64,000 nt of DNA from Candidatus Krumholzibacteriota bacterium (GTDB lineage Bacteria > Krumholzibacteriota > Krumholzibacteriia > JAJRXK01): contig JAJRXK010000090.1 in NCBI GenBank assembly GCA_024276305.1, forward strand, positions 42,794-106,793, in the 5' to 3' direction. A model generated the notes under the pieces. The model saw nothing but the letters and a program-made list of their open reading frames with translations. It had not been told where the DNA came from and did no database searches. Each line of letters starts with the position of its first letter. Position 1 is the stretch's first letter. The position numbers were made by a program, and so were the translations under genes. Shown here one piece after another: positions 10,228 through 19,088 of the stretch.

Positions 10228-11258
10228 GGCAGAGGCCGCAGATTCCGACCGTGGAGTATCGACCCGGAGTCGTGCGATTGCTCGACCAGACCCGCTTGCC
10301 CCTCGAAGAGGTCGTTCACGAGTCCCGGGATCTGGACACCCTCATCGATGCCATTCGCCGGCTGGTGGTGAGGGGTGCCCCGGCGATCGGGGTGGCGGCC
10401 GCCCACGGGGCGGTCCTGGCCTTGGAGCGGAGACTGGACCGAGGAGAGACCGGAGATCTTCTGGACCAGGGGCTGCGGAAGGATCTCTCGGCGCTGCGGG
10501 CGGCCCGACCCACGGCGGTGAATCTGATGTGGGCCGTCGACCGCATGAGCTCACTCATGGACCGGACGCAGGCCGAAGAATTGGTCCAGGCTTGGCGGGA
10601 AGAGGCCGCGCGGATCCAGGCCGAAGATGTCGAGCTCTGCCGCCGGATGGGTGAGCACGGGGCCGCATTGCTTCCGGATCCGTCGGTGATTCTCACGCAT
10701 TGCAATACCGGGGCGTTGGCCACGGCGGGGATCGGCACCGCCCTGGGGGTGGTCCGGGCCGCCGTCGACGCGGGCAAGAGGGTGCGAGCCTACGCCGACG
10801 AGACGCGACCTCTGCTGCAGGGGGCGCGTCTGACCGCGTGGGAGCTGCAGCGAATGGGGGTGGAGGTGGAGGTGCTGGCGGATTCTGCAGCCGCCTCGCT
10901 CCTGCGCGACAAGAAGATCGATGCCGTTCTCGTGGGGTCGGATCGCATCGCCGCCAACGGAGATGTGGCCAACAAGATCGGGACCTACCCCCTCGCGGTG
11001 ATGGCCCGACGCCACGGAGTTCCCTTCTACGTGGTGGCTCCCACGAGCACTGTGGATCTCCAGGTCGCCAACGGCGATGCCATCGCGATCGAATCCCGGG
11101 ATCCCTCGGAGATCCACAGCCTGGGTGGAGTCCGGACCACGCCGGAAGGGGTGGGCGCCTACAATCCCGCCTTCGACCTGACTCCGGCGGAACTCGTCGA
11201 TGCCATCATCACCGAGACCGGAGTCCTGCGCCCTCCCTACGCCTCCGCGCTGGCCTAA
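10224..11258 (+). CDS. mtnA: S-methyl-5-thioribose-1-phosphate isomerase (eIF2B-like family)
   Basis: Methionine-salvage isomerase / eIF2B alpha-beta-delta fold (…LVVRGAPAIGVAAA…HCNTGALATAGIGTALGVV…VGSDRIAANGDVANKIGTY…). ATGA overlap with maf. The choice between MtnA and a generic eIF2B-like protein is by similarity only. Confidence 0.75.
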   Translation: MRQRPQIPTVEYRPGVVRLLDQTRLPLEEVVHESRDLDTLIDAIRRLVVRGAPAIGVAAAHGAVLALERRLDRGETGDLLDQGLRKDLSALRAARPTAVNLMWAVDRMSSLMDRTQAEELVQAWREEAARIQAEDVELCRRMGEHGAALLPDPSVILTHCNTGALATAGIGTALGVVRAAVDAGKRVRAYADETRPLLQGARLTAWELQRMGVEVEVLADSAAASLLRDKKIDAVLVGSDRIAANGDVANKIGTYPLAVMARRHGVPFYVVAPTSTVDLQVANGDAIAIESRDPSEIHSLGGVRTTPEGVGAYNPAFDLTPAELVDAIITETGVLRPPYASALA

Positions 11259-11361
11259 TCGGTGGCGTTGGGGCGGGGAGACTGAGAGGGATCGGAGGCC
11301 GCGATCGAGTTTGCGCTTTTTGTACGCATCCTCGGCAGAGCCTCGCGAATCCGCGCCTCTC

Positions 11362-11390
11362 TTGACACTTCGTGGCCTCGTTGGTAGATT
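11362..11390 (+). promoter_or_regulatory. Candidate sigma-70 promoter for the rplM-rpsI operon
   Basis: TTGACA (11362-11367), a 17-nt spacer, then TAGATT (11385-11390). About 185 nt upstream of the rplM start, leaving a long 5' leader. Confidence 0.45.
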
Positions 11391-11575
11391 CGCTAGCCTT
11401 GTCGGGCTCTGCGGACGCATTTCGCGGGCTCGAAATGTGTTGGTGGCTCAATCTCTGAGTCATGTCGTTCGATCATCTTTGGTTCGAAGATGTTGTCGGC
11501 CGTCGATTGCCGCGTGACTGCACGCCGCGCGCGCCGTACGGCAATGCCACAGAAGCGTCTGACGGGAGTCCTGTC

Positions 11576-12019
11576 GTGAAGACTTACAGTGCGAAGGCCG
11601 CGGACATCGAGCGGCGTTGGTGGATCGTGGACGCCTCGGCGGCACCTCTCGGACGTCTGGCGTCGGAGATCGCGTGCATCCTGCGAGGAAAGAACAAACC
11701 CATCTACACTCCGCATATCGATACCGGCGACCATGTCATCGTGATCAATTGCGAGAAGCTGGTGTTCACCGGTCGCAAGCTCGATGGCAAGATCTATGAT
11801 CGCTACTCGGGCTATCACGGGGGACGCAAGGAAGTCACCGCTCGCGAGCGGGTGGCCAACGAGCCTGAAGAAGTCGTACGCGACGCGGTTCGTGGAATGC
11901 TTCCGAAGAACCGTTTGGGTCGTCAGATGCTGACCAAACTGAAGGTATACGCAGGCTGCGACCATCCTCATGAGGCACAGCAGCCAGAGGCACTCACCTT
12001 GTCGGTGGCTGATCGCTGA
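11576..12019 (+). CDS. rplM: 50S ribosomal protein L13
   Basis: KTYSAKAADIERRWWIVDA...LGRLASEIACILRGKNKPIYTPHIDTGDHVIVINCEKL is L13. The track ORF has an implausible N-extension, so the GTG at 11576 is used (147 aa). Confidence 0.88.
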   Translation: MKTYSAKAADIERRWWIVDASAAPLGRLASEIACILRGKNKPIYTPHIDTGDHVIVINCEKLVFTGRKLDGKIYDRYSGYHGGRKEVTARERVANEPEEVVRDAVRGMLPKNRLGRQMLTKLKVYAGCDHPHEAQQPEALTLSVADR

Positions 12020-12070
12020 GTCGACCGGTCCCCTTTCGTTTGTGTGGGGCGTGGCCCCATGGAGGAATGA

Positions 12071-12463
12071 ATGAGCGAGAATCGCTTTTACGCCACGGGC
12101 CGTCGAAAGAGCGCCGTGGCCCGGGTATGGATTCAGCCGGGAACGGGGAAGTTCACCGTCAACGGGCGTGACTTCGAAAACTACTTCCCGACTCCCACCC
12201 GGCGCATGGTGATCGAAGCTCCGATGACGATTCTCGAGCGTCAGGGTGAGTACGACATCATGTGCACGGTCAAGGGTGGGGGAGTCAGTGGACAGGCGGG
12301 CGCGGTTCGCCATGCGCTGGCTCGGGCCCTGGTGGCCGGCGACGAGGAACTTCGCGTGGTGTTGAGGAAGAATGGTTTCCTCACGCGCGACGCGCGGAAG
12401 GTCGAGCGGAAGAAGTACGGTCAGCCGGGCGCCCGCAAGAAGTTCCAGTTCAGCAAGCGCTGA
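12071..12463 (+). CDS. rpsI: 30S ribosomal protein S9
   Basis: [15 protein letters not shown]...[12 protein letters not shown] is the S9 signature including the C-terminal KR. Confidence 0.93.
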   Translation: MSENRFYATGRRKSAVARVWIQPGTGKFTVNGRDFENYFPTPTRRMVIEAPMTILERQGEYDIMCTVKGGGVSGQAGAVRHALARALVAGDEELRVVLRKNGFLTRDARKVERKKYGQPGARKKFQFSKR

Positions 12464-12645
12464 TTCGAGCGCGGCGGAGGGATCGGGATCTGCCATGGTG
12501 GCAATCTCGAAATTCAGCCTCGTCAGGAGCGAGTTCCGCAGGTGCGCTGCGGCGTTCGGAATTCGCTGAGAGTGGCGGGGGGGGAAACAACCTGTGAGGC
12601 GATTTGCGGCCCCGAGGCCATGCGATCGCAGAGGAGACGAAGGCC

Positions 12646-13434
12646 ATGGCCGCAGAGGTCACACTCAAGGACTTGCTCGAGGCAGGCGTCCACTTCGGAC
12701 ACCAAACTCGCAAGTGGAACCCGCAGATGCGCGATTACATCTTCATCGCGCGTGGTGGGATTCACATCATTGATCTGCAGAAGACGCTCAAGAGTCTTCA
12801 CACTGCCTACGATGTTCTCTCCAAGGTCGCTGCGTCCGGAGGAAAGGTTCTCTTCGTCGCGACCAAGAAGCAAGCGCGTCAACCGGTTCAGGAGGCAGCG
12901 GAATCCGTCGGCATGCCCTATGTGACGGAGCGGTGGCTGGGAGGGATGCTCACCAACTTTCAGACGGTTGGCAAGAGCATCCAGAAACTCGAGGAGATCG
13001 AGGCGAAGCTGAATGATGCTTCGGCCGAGAGGCTCTCCAAGAAAGAGAACCTCGAGCTGACGCGTCAACGCGACCGGCTGCAGAAGAACCTCGGGGGCAT
13101 CCGGAAGATGAAGGGCTTGCCCAAGGCGGTGTTCGTGATCGACACCCAGGAAGAGGAGACCGCGGTTCGGGAGGCTCGCAAGCTCGGGATCCCCGTCATC
13201 GGCATCGTCGACACCAATGCGGACCCCAACGTCATCGACTATCCGGTACCGGGAAACGACGACGCGATCCGCGCCATCCAGCTCTTCACACGAGTGGCGC
13301 GGGATGCGATAGCGGTGGGTCTGTCGCTCTCCAAAGAGGGGGCGGCCGAAGTTCAGGTCGAAGAGTCTGTTCCCGCTGCCACCGAAGCAGAGACCGTTGC
13401 CGCAGAGGCATCGACCCGGGCCGCTGGCCAGTAG
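12646..13434 (+). CDS. rpsB: 30S ribosomal protein S2
   Basis: VTLKDLLEAGVHFGHQTRKWNPQM...IHIIDLQKT is S2. ATG at 12646 is preceded by GGAGACGAAGG. Confidence 0.92.
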   Translation: MAAEVTLKDLLEAGVHFGHQTRKWNPQMRDYIFIARGGIHIIDLQKTLKSLHTAYDVLSKVAASGGKVLFVATKKQARQPVQEAAESVGMPYVTERWLGGMLTNFQTVGKSIQKLEEIEAKLNDASAERLSKKENLELTRQRDRLQKNLGGIRKMKGLPKAVFVIDTQEEETAVREARKLGIPVIGIVDTNADPNVIDYPVPGNDDAIRAIQLFTRVARDAIAVGLSLSKEGAAEVQVEESVPAATEAETVAAEASTRAAGQ

Positions 13435-13476
13435 ATTCGATCACCCCAGAACGCTTATGCAAAGGACGATGAGGCG

Positions 13477-14070
13477 ATGACTATCAGCGCGTCGTTGGTG
13501 AAGGAGCTCCGCGAACGGACCGGAGCCGGCATGATGGACTGCAAGAGGGCGCTCCAGGAGAACACCGGAGACCTGGAGAAGTCCATCGAGTATCTCCGCA
13601 AGAAGGGGGTCGCCAAGGCGGCCAAGAAGGCGGGACGAGAAACGCGAGAGGGCCTCGTGGAGGCCTACATCCACCCCGGTGGAGGCGTCGGGGTATTGAT
13701 CGAGGTGAATTGCGAGACGGACTTCGTGGCTCGGACTCCCGAGTTCCAGAGCTTCGTCCGCGACATCGCCATGCACATCGCGGCGACCAATCCTCTCGCT
13801 CTAAGCGCAGACGATCTCGATCCCGAAATCCTCGAGAAGGAGAAAGAGATCTACGTGGGGCAGGCCATGGAAGAGGGCAAGCCCGAAGAGATCGCGCAGA
13901 AGATCGTCGTGGGACGTCTGCGGAAGTTTCGGCAGGAGAATGCCCTGCTCGAACAGCCTTTCGTCAAGAATCCCGACCAGACCGTGGGCGAATACGTCCA
14001 GGCGACGATTGGCAAGCTCGGAGAGAATATGCAGGTGAGGCGTTTCGCGCGCTTCCAGATCGGTTCCTGA
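13477..14070 (+). CDS. tsf: Elongation factor Ts (short, about 197-aa form)
   Basis: ISASLVKELRERTGAGMMDCKRAL (UBA-like N-terminus) and the conserved core. Follows rpsB as in the canonical operon. Confidence 0.9.
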   Translation: MTISASLVKELRERTGAGMMDCKRALQENTGDLEKSIEYLRKKGVAKAAKKAGRETREGLVEAYIHPGGGVGVLIEVNCETDFVARTPEFQSFVRDIAMHIAATNPLALSADDLDPEILEKEKEIYVGQAMEEGKPEEIAQKIVVGRLRKFRQENALLEQPFVKNPDQTVGEYVQATIGKLGENMQVRRFARFQIGS

Positions 14071-14132
14071 ACGTCCGGTCTCCTGTTCCCGCGCCCGCCA
14101 CTCCTGTGGCGGGCGTTCTCGTGAGGAGCATC

Positions 14133-14843
14133 ATGGTGGCGAAGTACCAGCGAATCCTGCTCAAGCTCAGCGGTGAAATCCTGCGCGAGGGAGAGGACGC
14201 CTTTCACCGGCCTCATCTCGCGGCGGTGGCCGAATCGATCGCCGAAGTCCGACGGGCCGGAGTCGAGGTTGCGGTGGTGGTCGGCGGAGGAAACCTTCTC
14301 CGGGGACGAGACCATTCTGCGGGGCGGGTGCAGGCCGATGTCGACCAGATCGGGATGTTGGCCACGGTGTTGAATGTGGGAATGCTGTGCTTCGCCTTGG
14401 AAGAAGCCGGGCTCGGGGTTCAGGTCTACTCGCCGCGGGCCATCGCTCCCGTGACCCGCTCCTTCGATCGGCGAGAGGCGGTGGCGGCCCTCGATCGAGG
14501 CGAGATCGTGCTGCTGGGAGGGGGAACCGGAAATCCCTTTTTCTCGACGGACTCCGCGGCCGCACTTCGCGCCATTGAACTCGAGTGCAGTGCCGTGCTA
14601 AAAGGGACCATGGTCGATGGGGTCTACGACAAGGATCCCCACCAGCACCCCGATGCCCAGCGCTTCGACCGCCTGAGTTTCGACGAGGTCCTGCGACGCG
14701 ACCTGCGGGTCATGGATCAGACCGCGTTCGCACTCTGCCGCGACCACGACATGACGGTGGTGGTCTTCGACTATCGGGATCCGTCGGCCTTGGTCGCCGT
14801 GGTGGAAGGCCGGCTTTCGGGTACGGTGGTGTCGGCGGGGTGA
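14133..14843 (+). CDS. pyrH: UMP kinase
   Basis: YQRILLKLSGE...VVVGGGN..RG motifs of the UMP kinase/aspartokinase fold. The track ORF's N-extension (13710) is a read-through of tsf in another frame, so the ATG at 14133 is used. Confidence 0.9.
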   Translation: MVAKYQRILLKLSGEILREGEDAFHRPHLAAVAESIAEVRRAGVEVAVVVGGGNLLRGRDHSAGRVQADVDQIGMLATVLNVGMLCFALEEAGLGVQVYSPRAIAPVTRSFDRREAVAALDRGEIVLLGGGTGNPFFSTDSAAALRAIELECSAVLKGTMVDGVYDKDPHQHPDAQRFDRLSFDEVLRRDLRVMDQTAFALCRDHDMTVVVFDYRDPSALVAVVEGRLSGTVVSAG

Positions 14844-14864
14844 GCTCGGGCTCGATACGAAAGG

Positions 14865-15428
14865 ATGGCCATGCTCGACACGATCTACGATGAGGCCCAA
14901 ACCCACATGAAGCGGTGCATCGAGCACCTGCAGAAGGACCTCTCGACTCTCCGCACGGGAAAGGCGACTCCCGCTCTGCTCGACGGGATTCTCGTCGAGG
15001 CCTACGGGTCGAAGATGCCTCTCAATCAGGTCGCGACCCTGGCGTCGCCTGAGCCTCGTCTGCTGACCGTGGCTCCCTTCGACGCATCCCAGATCGGCGC
15101 GATCGAGAAGGCCCTGCTCGCGAGTGACCTCGGGATCACTCCCAACAACGACGGTCACATCATTCGTCTTCCGATCCCACCTCTGAACGAAGAACGCCGC
15201 AAGGAATTCGCGAAGATGGCCCGTCAGAAGGGCGAGGACGCCAAGGTGGCGATTCGGGGTGTGCGTCGGGATGCGAACGAGGGCCTCAAGAAGGCCCAGA
15301 GCGCTTCGGAGATCACCGAAGACGATCTGCATCGGGGACAGGACCGGATCCAAAAACTCACCGACGAGTACACCGCGCAGGTGGACAAGATTCTCGAGGC
15401 CAAGGAAAAAGACATCCTCGAGGTCTGA
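14865..15428 (+). CDS. frr: Ribosome recycling factor
   Basis: 187 aa; ...LRTGKATPALLDGILVEAYGSKMPLNQVA...IRLPIPPLNEERRKE is RRF. Confidence 0.93.
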   Translation: MAMLDTIYDEAQTHMKRCIEHLQKDLSTLRTGKATPALLDGILVEAYGSKMPLNQVATLASPEPRLLTVAPFDASQIGAIEKALLASDLGITPNNDGHIIRLPIPPLNEERRKEFAKMARQKGEDAKVAIRGVRRDANEGLKKAQSASEITEDDLHRGQDRIQKLTDEYTAQVDKILEAKEKDILEV

Positions 15429-15440
15429 CTCCGAACCGCC

Positions 15441-16748
15441 TCAGGACTCTTCGATCTCTTCGCGGATTCCGTAGCCTTCGAGGTCGGTGAGCACCACGTC
15501 GTAGATCTCCCGGTGCACGGGGATGCAGACTCCTCGTCGAGTGATGCTTCCGTCGAGAATCCGCCGGGCTGCGCAGGCTGCGGGCAGTCCCACGGTTCGG
15601 GCCATGGCGCTGTCGCCGTGGGAAATGCCATATTCCACCATCAGCGATCGAATCTGGTGCGGCGCCTGGCCGGCGTCCACATAGTCGACCTCGGTGTAGA
15701 GGATCAGCATGTCCCTCTGCCCTTCCTCGAAGCGCAGGCGACGGTCCATTCTCTGCACGAGTAGGTCGAGACGGGTGGGAGTCTCGAGTCCCACTTCCTC
15801 TTCGTCGAAGAGGCCCAGCCACTGGAGGCGGTCGAGGAGCGGGTGCTCCGGCTCGAGGCCGAGAAAGGCCGCGGTCGCATCGCGCGGAGAGTCCCCGCCG
15901 GCGGCCCCTGCGAGTTCTCGGGCGAGGTCTGCGTAGGTCCTGGCGCCGGTCCCGAGGTCTTCGACATAGCCCAGTCGAGCCAGCGCGGCCCAGGTCTCGC
16001 ACCACCCCGAGAAGCGGAGCGAACCGCGAAACATGCGATCGAGGTCGCGCAATCCGTATTCTTCGACGAATCGGAGGGAATCGCCGTTGGGATAGGATTC
16101 GAAATCGCCGAGGCCATCGAGGTGAAGGGCGCGGGGAGATTGGAAGATCTCGAAAGGTCCTGCCACCACGACCTGTCCGTCGCGGAGGAACTGGGCCGGA
16201 CGTCGTCCGGCCAAGGCCACGCCTCGGGTGCTCCAAGAGATCTTGTATCCCAGGGGGTTGTCATTGGCCTCGGGAGCGGGGAGGCCACCACACACCGAAT
16301 ACACTCCGGTGACCCGTCCGCCCGCGTCGCGGACGGAGTCGATGATGCGCATGGCCTGCATGTGGTCGATTCCGGGATCGGCACCTACCTCGTTGAGGAA
16401 GGTCAGGCCCTGGGCCTCGGCTTTCAGGTGGAGGGCGCGCATCTCGTCACTGACATAGGACGTGGTCACGAAATGGATCCCACGCCGGAGGCAGGCGGTG
16501 GCGACCCGCAGGTGGAAGCTCACGGGGAGCAGGCTGATGGCCAGGTCCGCTCCCTCGAGACGCGAATGCACCGAGTCGAGATCGGTGGCGTCGACGTCGA
16601 TCACTCGACCATGAGGGTGACCGTCCAGCATGGCTCGACCGACTTCCGGCTGATCGGTGGCGACGAGAAGGTCGTGTCCACTCTCGAGGAGAGCACGGAT
16701 GGCCGGACGGGCCACATGGCCCGAACCGAAGACGACCACTTTCTTCAC
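15441..16748 (-). CDS. Saccharopine dehydrogenase (NADP-binding, AASS C-terminal-domain-like)
   Basis: Rossmann N-terminus KKVVVFGSGHVARP and the Sacchrp_dh-family body. GTG start at 16748 overlaps the upstream LKR gene stop (GTGA). Convergent with frr, with only a 12-nt gap. Confidence 0.8.
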   Translation of the reverse strand: MKKVVVFGSGHVARPAIRALLESGHDLLVATDQPEVGRAMLDGHPHGRVIDVDATDLDSVHSRLEGADLAISLLPVSFHLRVATACLRRGIHFVTTSYVSDEMRALHLKAEAQGLTFLNEVGADPGIDHMQAMRIIDSVRDAGGRVTGVYSVCGGLPAPEANDNPLGYKISWSTRGVALAGRRPAQFLRDGQVVVAGPFEIFQSPRALHLDGLGDFESYPNGDSLRFVEEYGLRDLDRMFRGSLRFSGWCETWAALARLGYVEDLGTGARTYADLARELAGAAGGDSPRDATAAFLGLEPEHPLLDRLQWLGLFDEEEVGLETPTRLDLLVQRMDRRLRFEEGQRDMLILYTEVDYVDAGQAPHQIRSLMVEYGISHGDSAMARTVGLPAACAARRILDGSITRRGVCIPVHREIYDVVLTDLEGYGIREEIEES

Positions 16749-18097
16749 GATGGGCCTCGCTGCAGGTCGGAGGGATGAGCATGACGGGCGAGCGCCGCGC
16801 CGAGGGCTTCTTGCCACTGAGGGAGAAGTTGGCCTTGGACTGCAATATAGGCTCCTCCCAGCGCGGCGGGGAAGTCGGGATCCTCGGGGCGAAGAGCGAT
16901 GTCATCACGGGCCAGAGCGGGCAGGAGGGGAGAGAGAACTTCACTGAAGTGCCGGGACGCGTCGACCGGAATCTCGGCGGGCAGGATGTCGACGGCCCAG
17001 ATTGCGATGCCTTCGCCGGATAGCCCGTCTTCGATGGTCTCGCGCACCGGATTCCAGACATAGGAGGGATTGCCCGGCTCGGTGGTCTTCACCAAGACTT
17101 CGTTGGATCCGTCGGGATCGCAGGTGATGTCGGTGATCACCTTCAGGCGGGTTCTTCCCGGCCCATTCCACACCGTCCGCAAGTCTTCGCGCAGAATGAA
17201 CTTGGGGTAGCCCTCGGACCACAGGATTCCGTAGACCACGGCGCTGAGGAATTCCAACTGCCGGCCGAATCGGCTGCGGTAGAGTTCGGGATGGGCGAGA
17301 TAGTCTTGGAAGTCATAGACATGATCGTGGTCCCGGGCCTCCACTAGATCTCGCGGATCGTAGCTCACGAACCAGAGGGCGTGGGTTCTGCCCTCGTGGG
17401 AGGCGACCTTCGCAGCCAGATCCTCGGCCTCGACTTCCTCCGCCCCCGCGGCGCGGAGCACTTCCATGGCCCCACTCCAGACTTTGCCTCCCTCGCCGGT
17501 GACTCCGATCACCAGGGGAGAGATCTCCGCCGGCAGTCCTTCGTCGGCGATGCGGCGGGCGGCCGCCTCGATGGCTTCGAGGGCCGCGGCGACGTCGCCG
17601 TAGTCTCGGGCGGGAAGGAGCTCCGCCAAGGGGCTTCGGTGACCCTCTTCCAGGAGTCGTTGACCGAGGGCGTGCAGGGTGTCGATGGTCCCCGCGAGGC
17701 CCGCGTGGCGACCGAAGGCCACGGTGCGAATTCCCCGCTCGTCGGTGATGAGTTCGTAGTCGAGAAGGGTGCAGCCCTGGTCCAAGATGCGTTGGAGAAG
17801 GGGCATGTTGTAGGGCTGCCTCTTGATGGTGTGGGAGAAGAAGAGGTAGGTGCGATGGGGGAGGATGTCTCCGACCGGCACCTCTTTCACCCCCAGGATT
17901 ACGTCGGCGTCTCGGAGATCGTCCACCAATTCCGCGCCGGCCGCTTCGAAGGCCGCGTCCTCGATGCAACGGCGGGGCGAGCGCTGGACGAGGAAGTGCA
18001 GCCCCTGTTGACGGAGGCGGGCGAGGTCCTCGGGCACGATCGGCACGCGCCTCTCCCAGACGGATTTGTCCTCGCGGCGGATTCCGATGGCGGCCAT
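16745..18097 (-). CDS. Lysine-ketoglutarate reductase / saccharopine dehydrogenase (NAD+, L-lysine-forming), AlaDH/PNT fold
   Basis: IGIRREDKSVWERRVPIVP...TYLFFSHTIKRQPYNMPLLQRILDQGCTLLDYE...RGIRTVAFGRHAGLAGTIDTLHALGQRLL resembles the LKR domain of eukaryotic AASS. ATG at 18097 is preceded by AAAGGA; the track ORF's 81-aa N-extension is rejected. Confidence 0.78.
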   Translation of the reverse strand: MAAIGIRREDKSVWERRVPIVPEDLARLRQQGLHFLVQRSPRRCIEDAAFEAAGAELVDDLRDADVILGVKEVPVGDILPHRTYLFFSHTIKRQPYNMPLLQRILDQGCTLLDYELITDERGIRTVAFGRHAGLAGTIDTLHALGQRLLEEGHRSPLAELLPARDYGDVAAALEAIEAAARRIADEGLPAEISPLVIGVTGEGGKVWSGAMEVLRAAGAEEVEAEDLAAKVASHEGRTHALWFVSYDPRDLVEARDHDHVYDFQDYLAHPELYRSRFGRQLEFLSAVVYGILWSEGYPKFILREDLRTVWNGPGRTRLKVITDITCDPDGSNEVLVKTTEPGNPSYVWNPVRETIEDGLSGEGIAIWAVDILPAEIPVDASRHFSEVLSPLLPALARDDIALRPEDPDFPAALGGAYIAVQGQLLPQWQEALGAALARHAHPSDLQRGPS

Positions 18098-18338
18098 GGG
18101 CGTCCTTTCTCGGCACAGAGCAGCAGGGGGGTCCGTCCGGCCCGGATCGCCGAGGCGGGAATCCTGGCATCCTAGTCTCGTCTGACTCCGAGCGCAATGT
18201 GGGCATGGTGAGGCTTCTTGTTGCGTCACGGACCCATTTTGAGCACTATCATCTTCTCGCGAGCCATTTGATCTCGAGCCGCCGCCCGTGCGGGCGTTGC
18301 GCCCCCTCGACCTGAAGAGAATCCCGTAGGCTGCACCC

Positions 18339-19088
18339 ATGAGTACCCACGTCGCCGAAGCTGAACTCGACCGGGAGATCCGTCAGCGGGGGAACCTCCC
18401 CGCTCACATCGCGGTGATCATGGACGGCAATGGGAGATGGGCGCGCCGGCGGGTGATGCCGCGGATCGCGGGCCATCGGGCGGGCCGTCACGCGGTGCGA
18501 GAGACGGTGCGGACCTGTGCTCAGCTGGGTGTGGAGGCGCTGACCCTCTACACCTTCAGTCGTGAGAATTGGAAGCGCCCCAGTTATGAGGTGCGCGCAC
18601 TGTGGGCGTTCCTGGAGGAGGTGTTGCGGACCGAGTTCCTCGAGCTCGACGAGAACAATGTCCAGCTCATGGCCAGTGGGGATCTCTCTGCGATTCCCGC
18701 ATCCACGCGTCGTGCGCTGTCGGAGGCGAGTTCGCGACTAGAGAAGAACGACGGGATGGTCCTCAACCTCGCCCTGAACTACGGCGGACGCGACGAGATC
18801 GTCCACGTCACTCGTCGCTTCGCGGAGGATGTGAGAGCGGGACGGATGCAGGTCGAGGACATGACGGAGTCCCTCTTCCAGACCTATCTCTTCGCGCCGG
18901 AACTTTCGGATCCCGATCTTCTGATCCGCACCAGTGGAGAGTTGCGTCTCAGCAACTTTCTGCTCTGGCAGGCCGCTTACTCGGAGATCTACGTGACCAA
19001 AGTCCTGTGGCCGGATTTCCGGCGCCGAGACCTACTGGAAGCGATCGCCGAATACCAACGACGTCATCGCCGTTTTGGTGGAGTCTGA
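18339..19088 (+). CDS. uppS: Di-trans,poly-cis-undecaprenyl-diphosphate synthase
   Basis: HIAVIMDGNGRWA...LTLYTFSRENWKRP...LIRTSGELRLSNFLLWQAAYSE are the UPP synthase motifs. Confidence 0.92.
   Translation: MSTHVAEAELDREIRQRGNLPAHIAVIMDGNGRWARRRVMPRIAGHRAGRHAVRETVRTCAQLGVEALTLYTFSRENWKRPSYEVRALWAFLEEVLRTEFLELDENNVQLMASGDLSAIPASTRRALSEASSRLEKNDGMVLNLALNYGGRDEIVHVTRRFAEDVRAGRMQVEDMTESLFQTYLFAPELSDPDLLIRTSGELRLSNFLLWQAAYSEIYVTKVLWPDFRRRDLLEAIAEYQRRHRRFGGV

Noticed and set aside
13710-14132. N-terminal extension of the pyrH ORF overlapping tsf.
   Set aside because: Arg-rich out-of-frame translation of tsf. The UMP kinase starts at ATG 14133 with MVAKYQRILLKLSGE.
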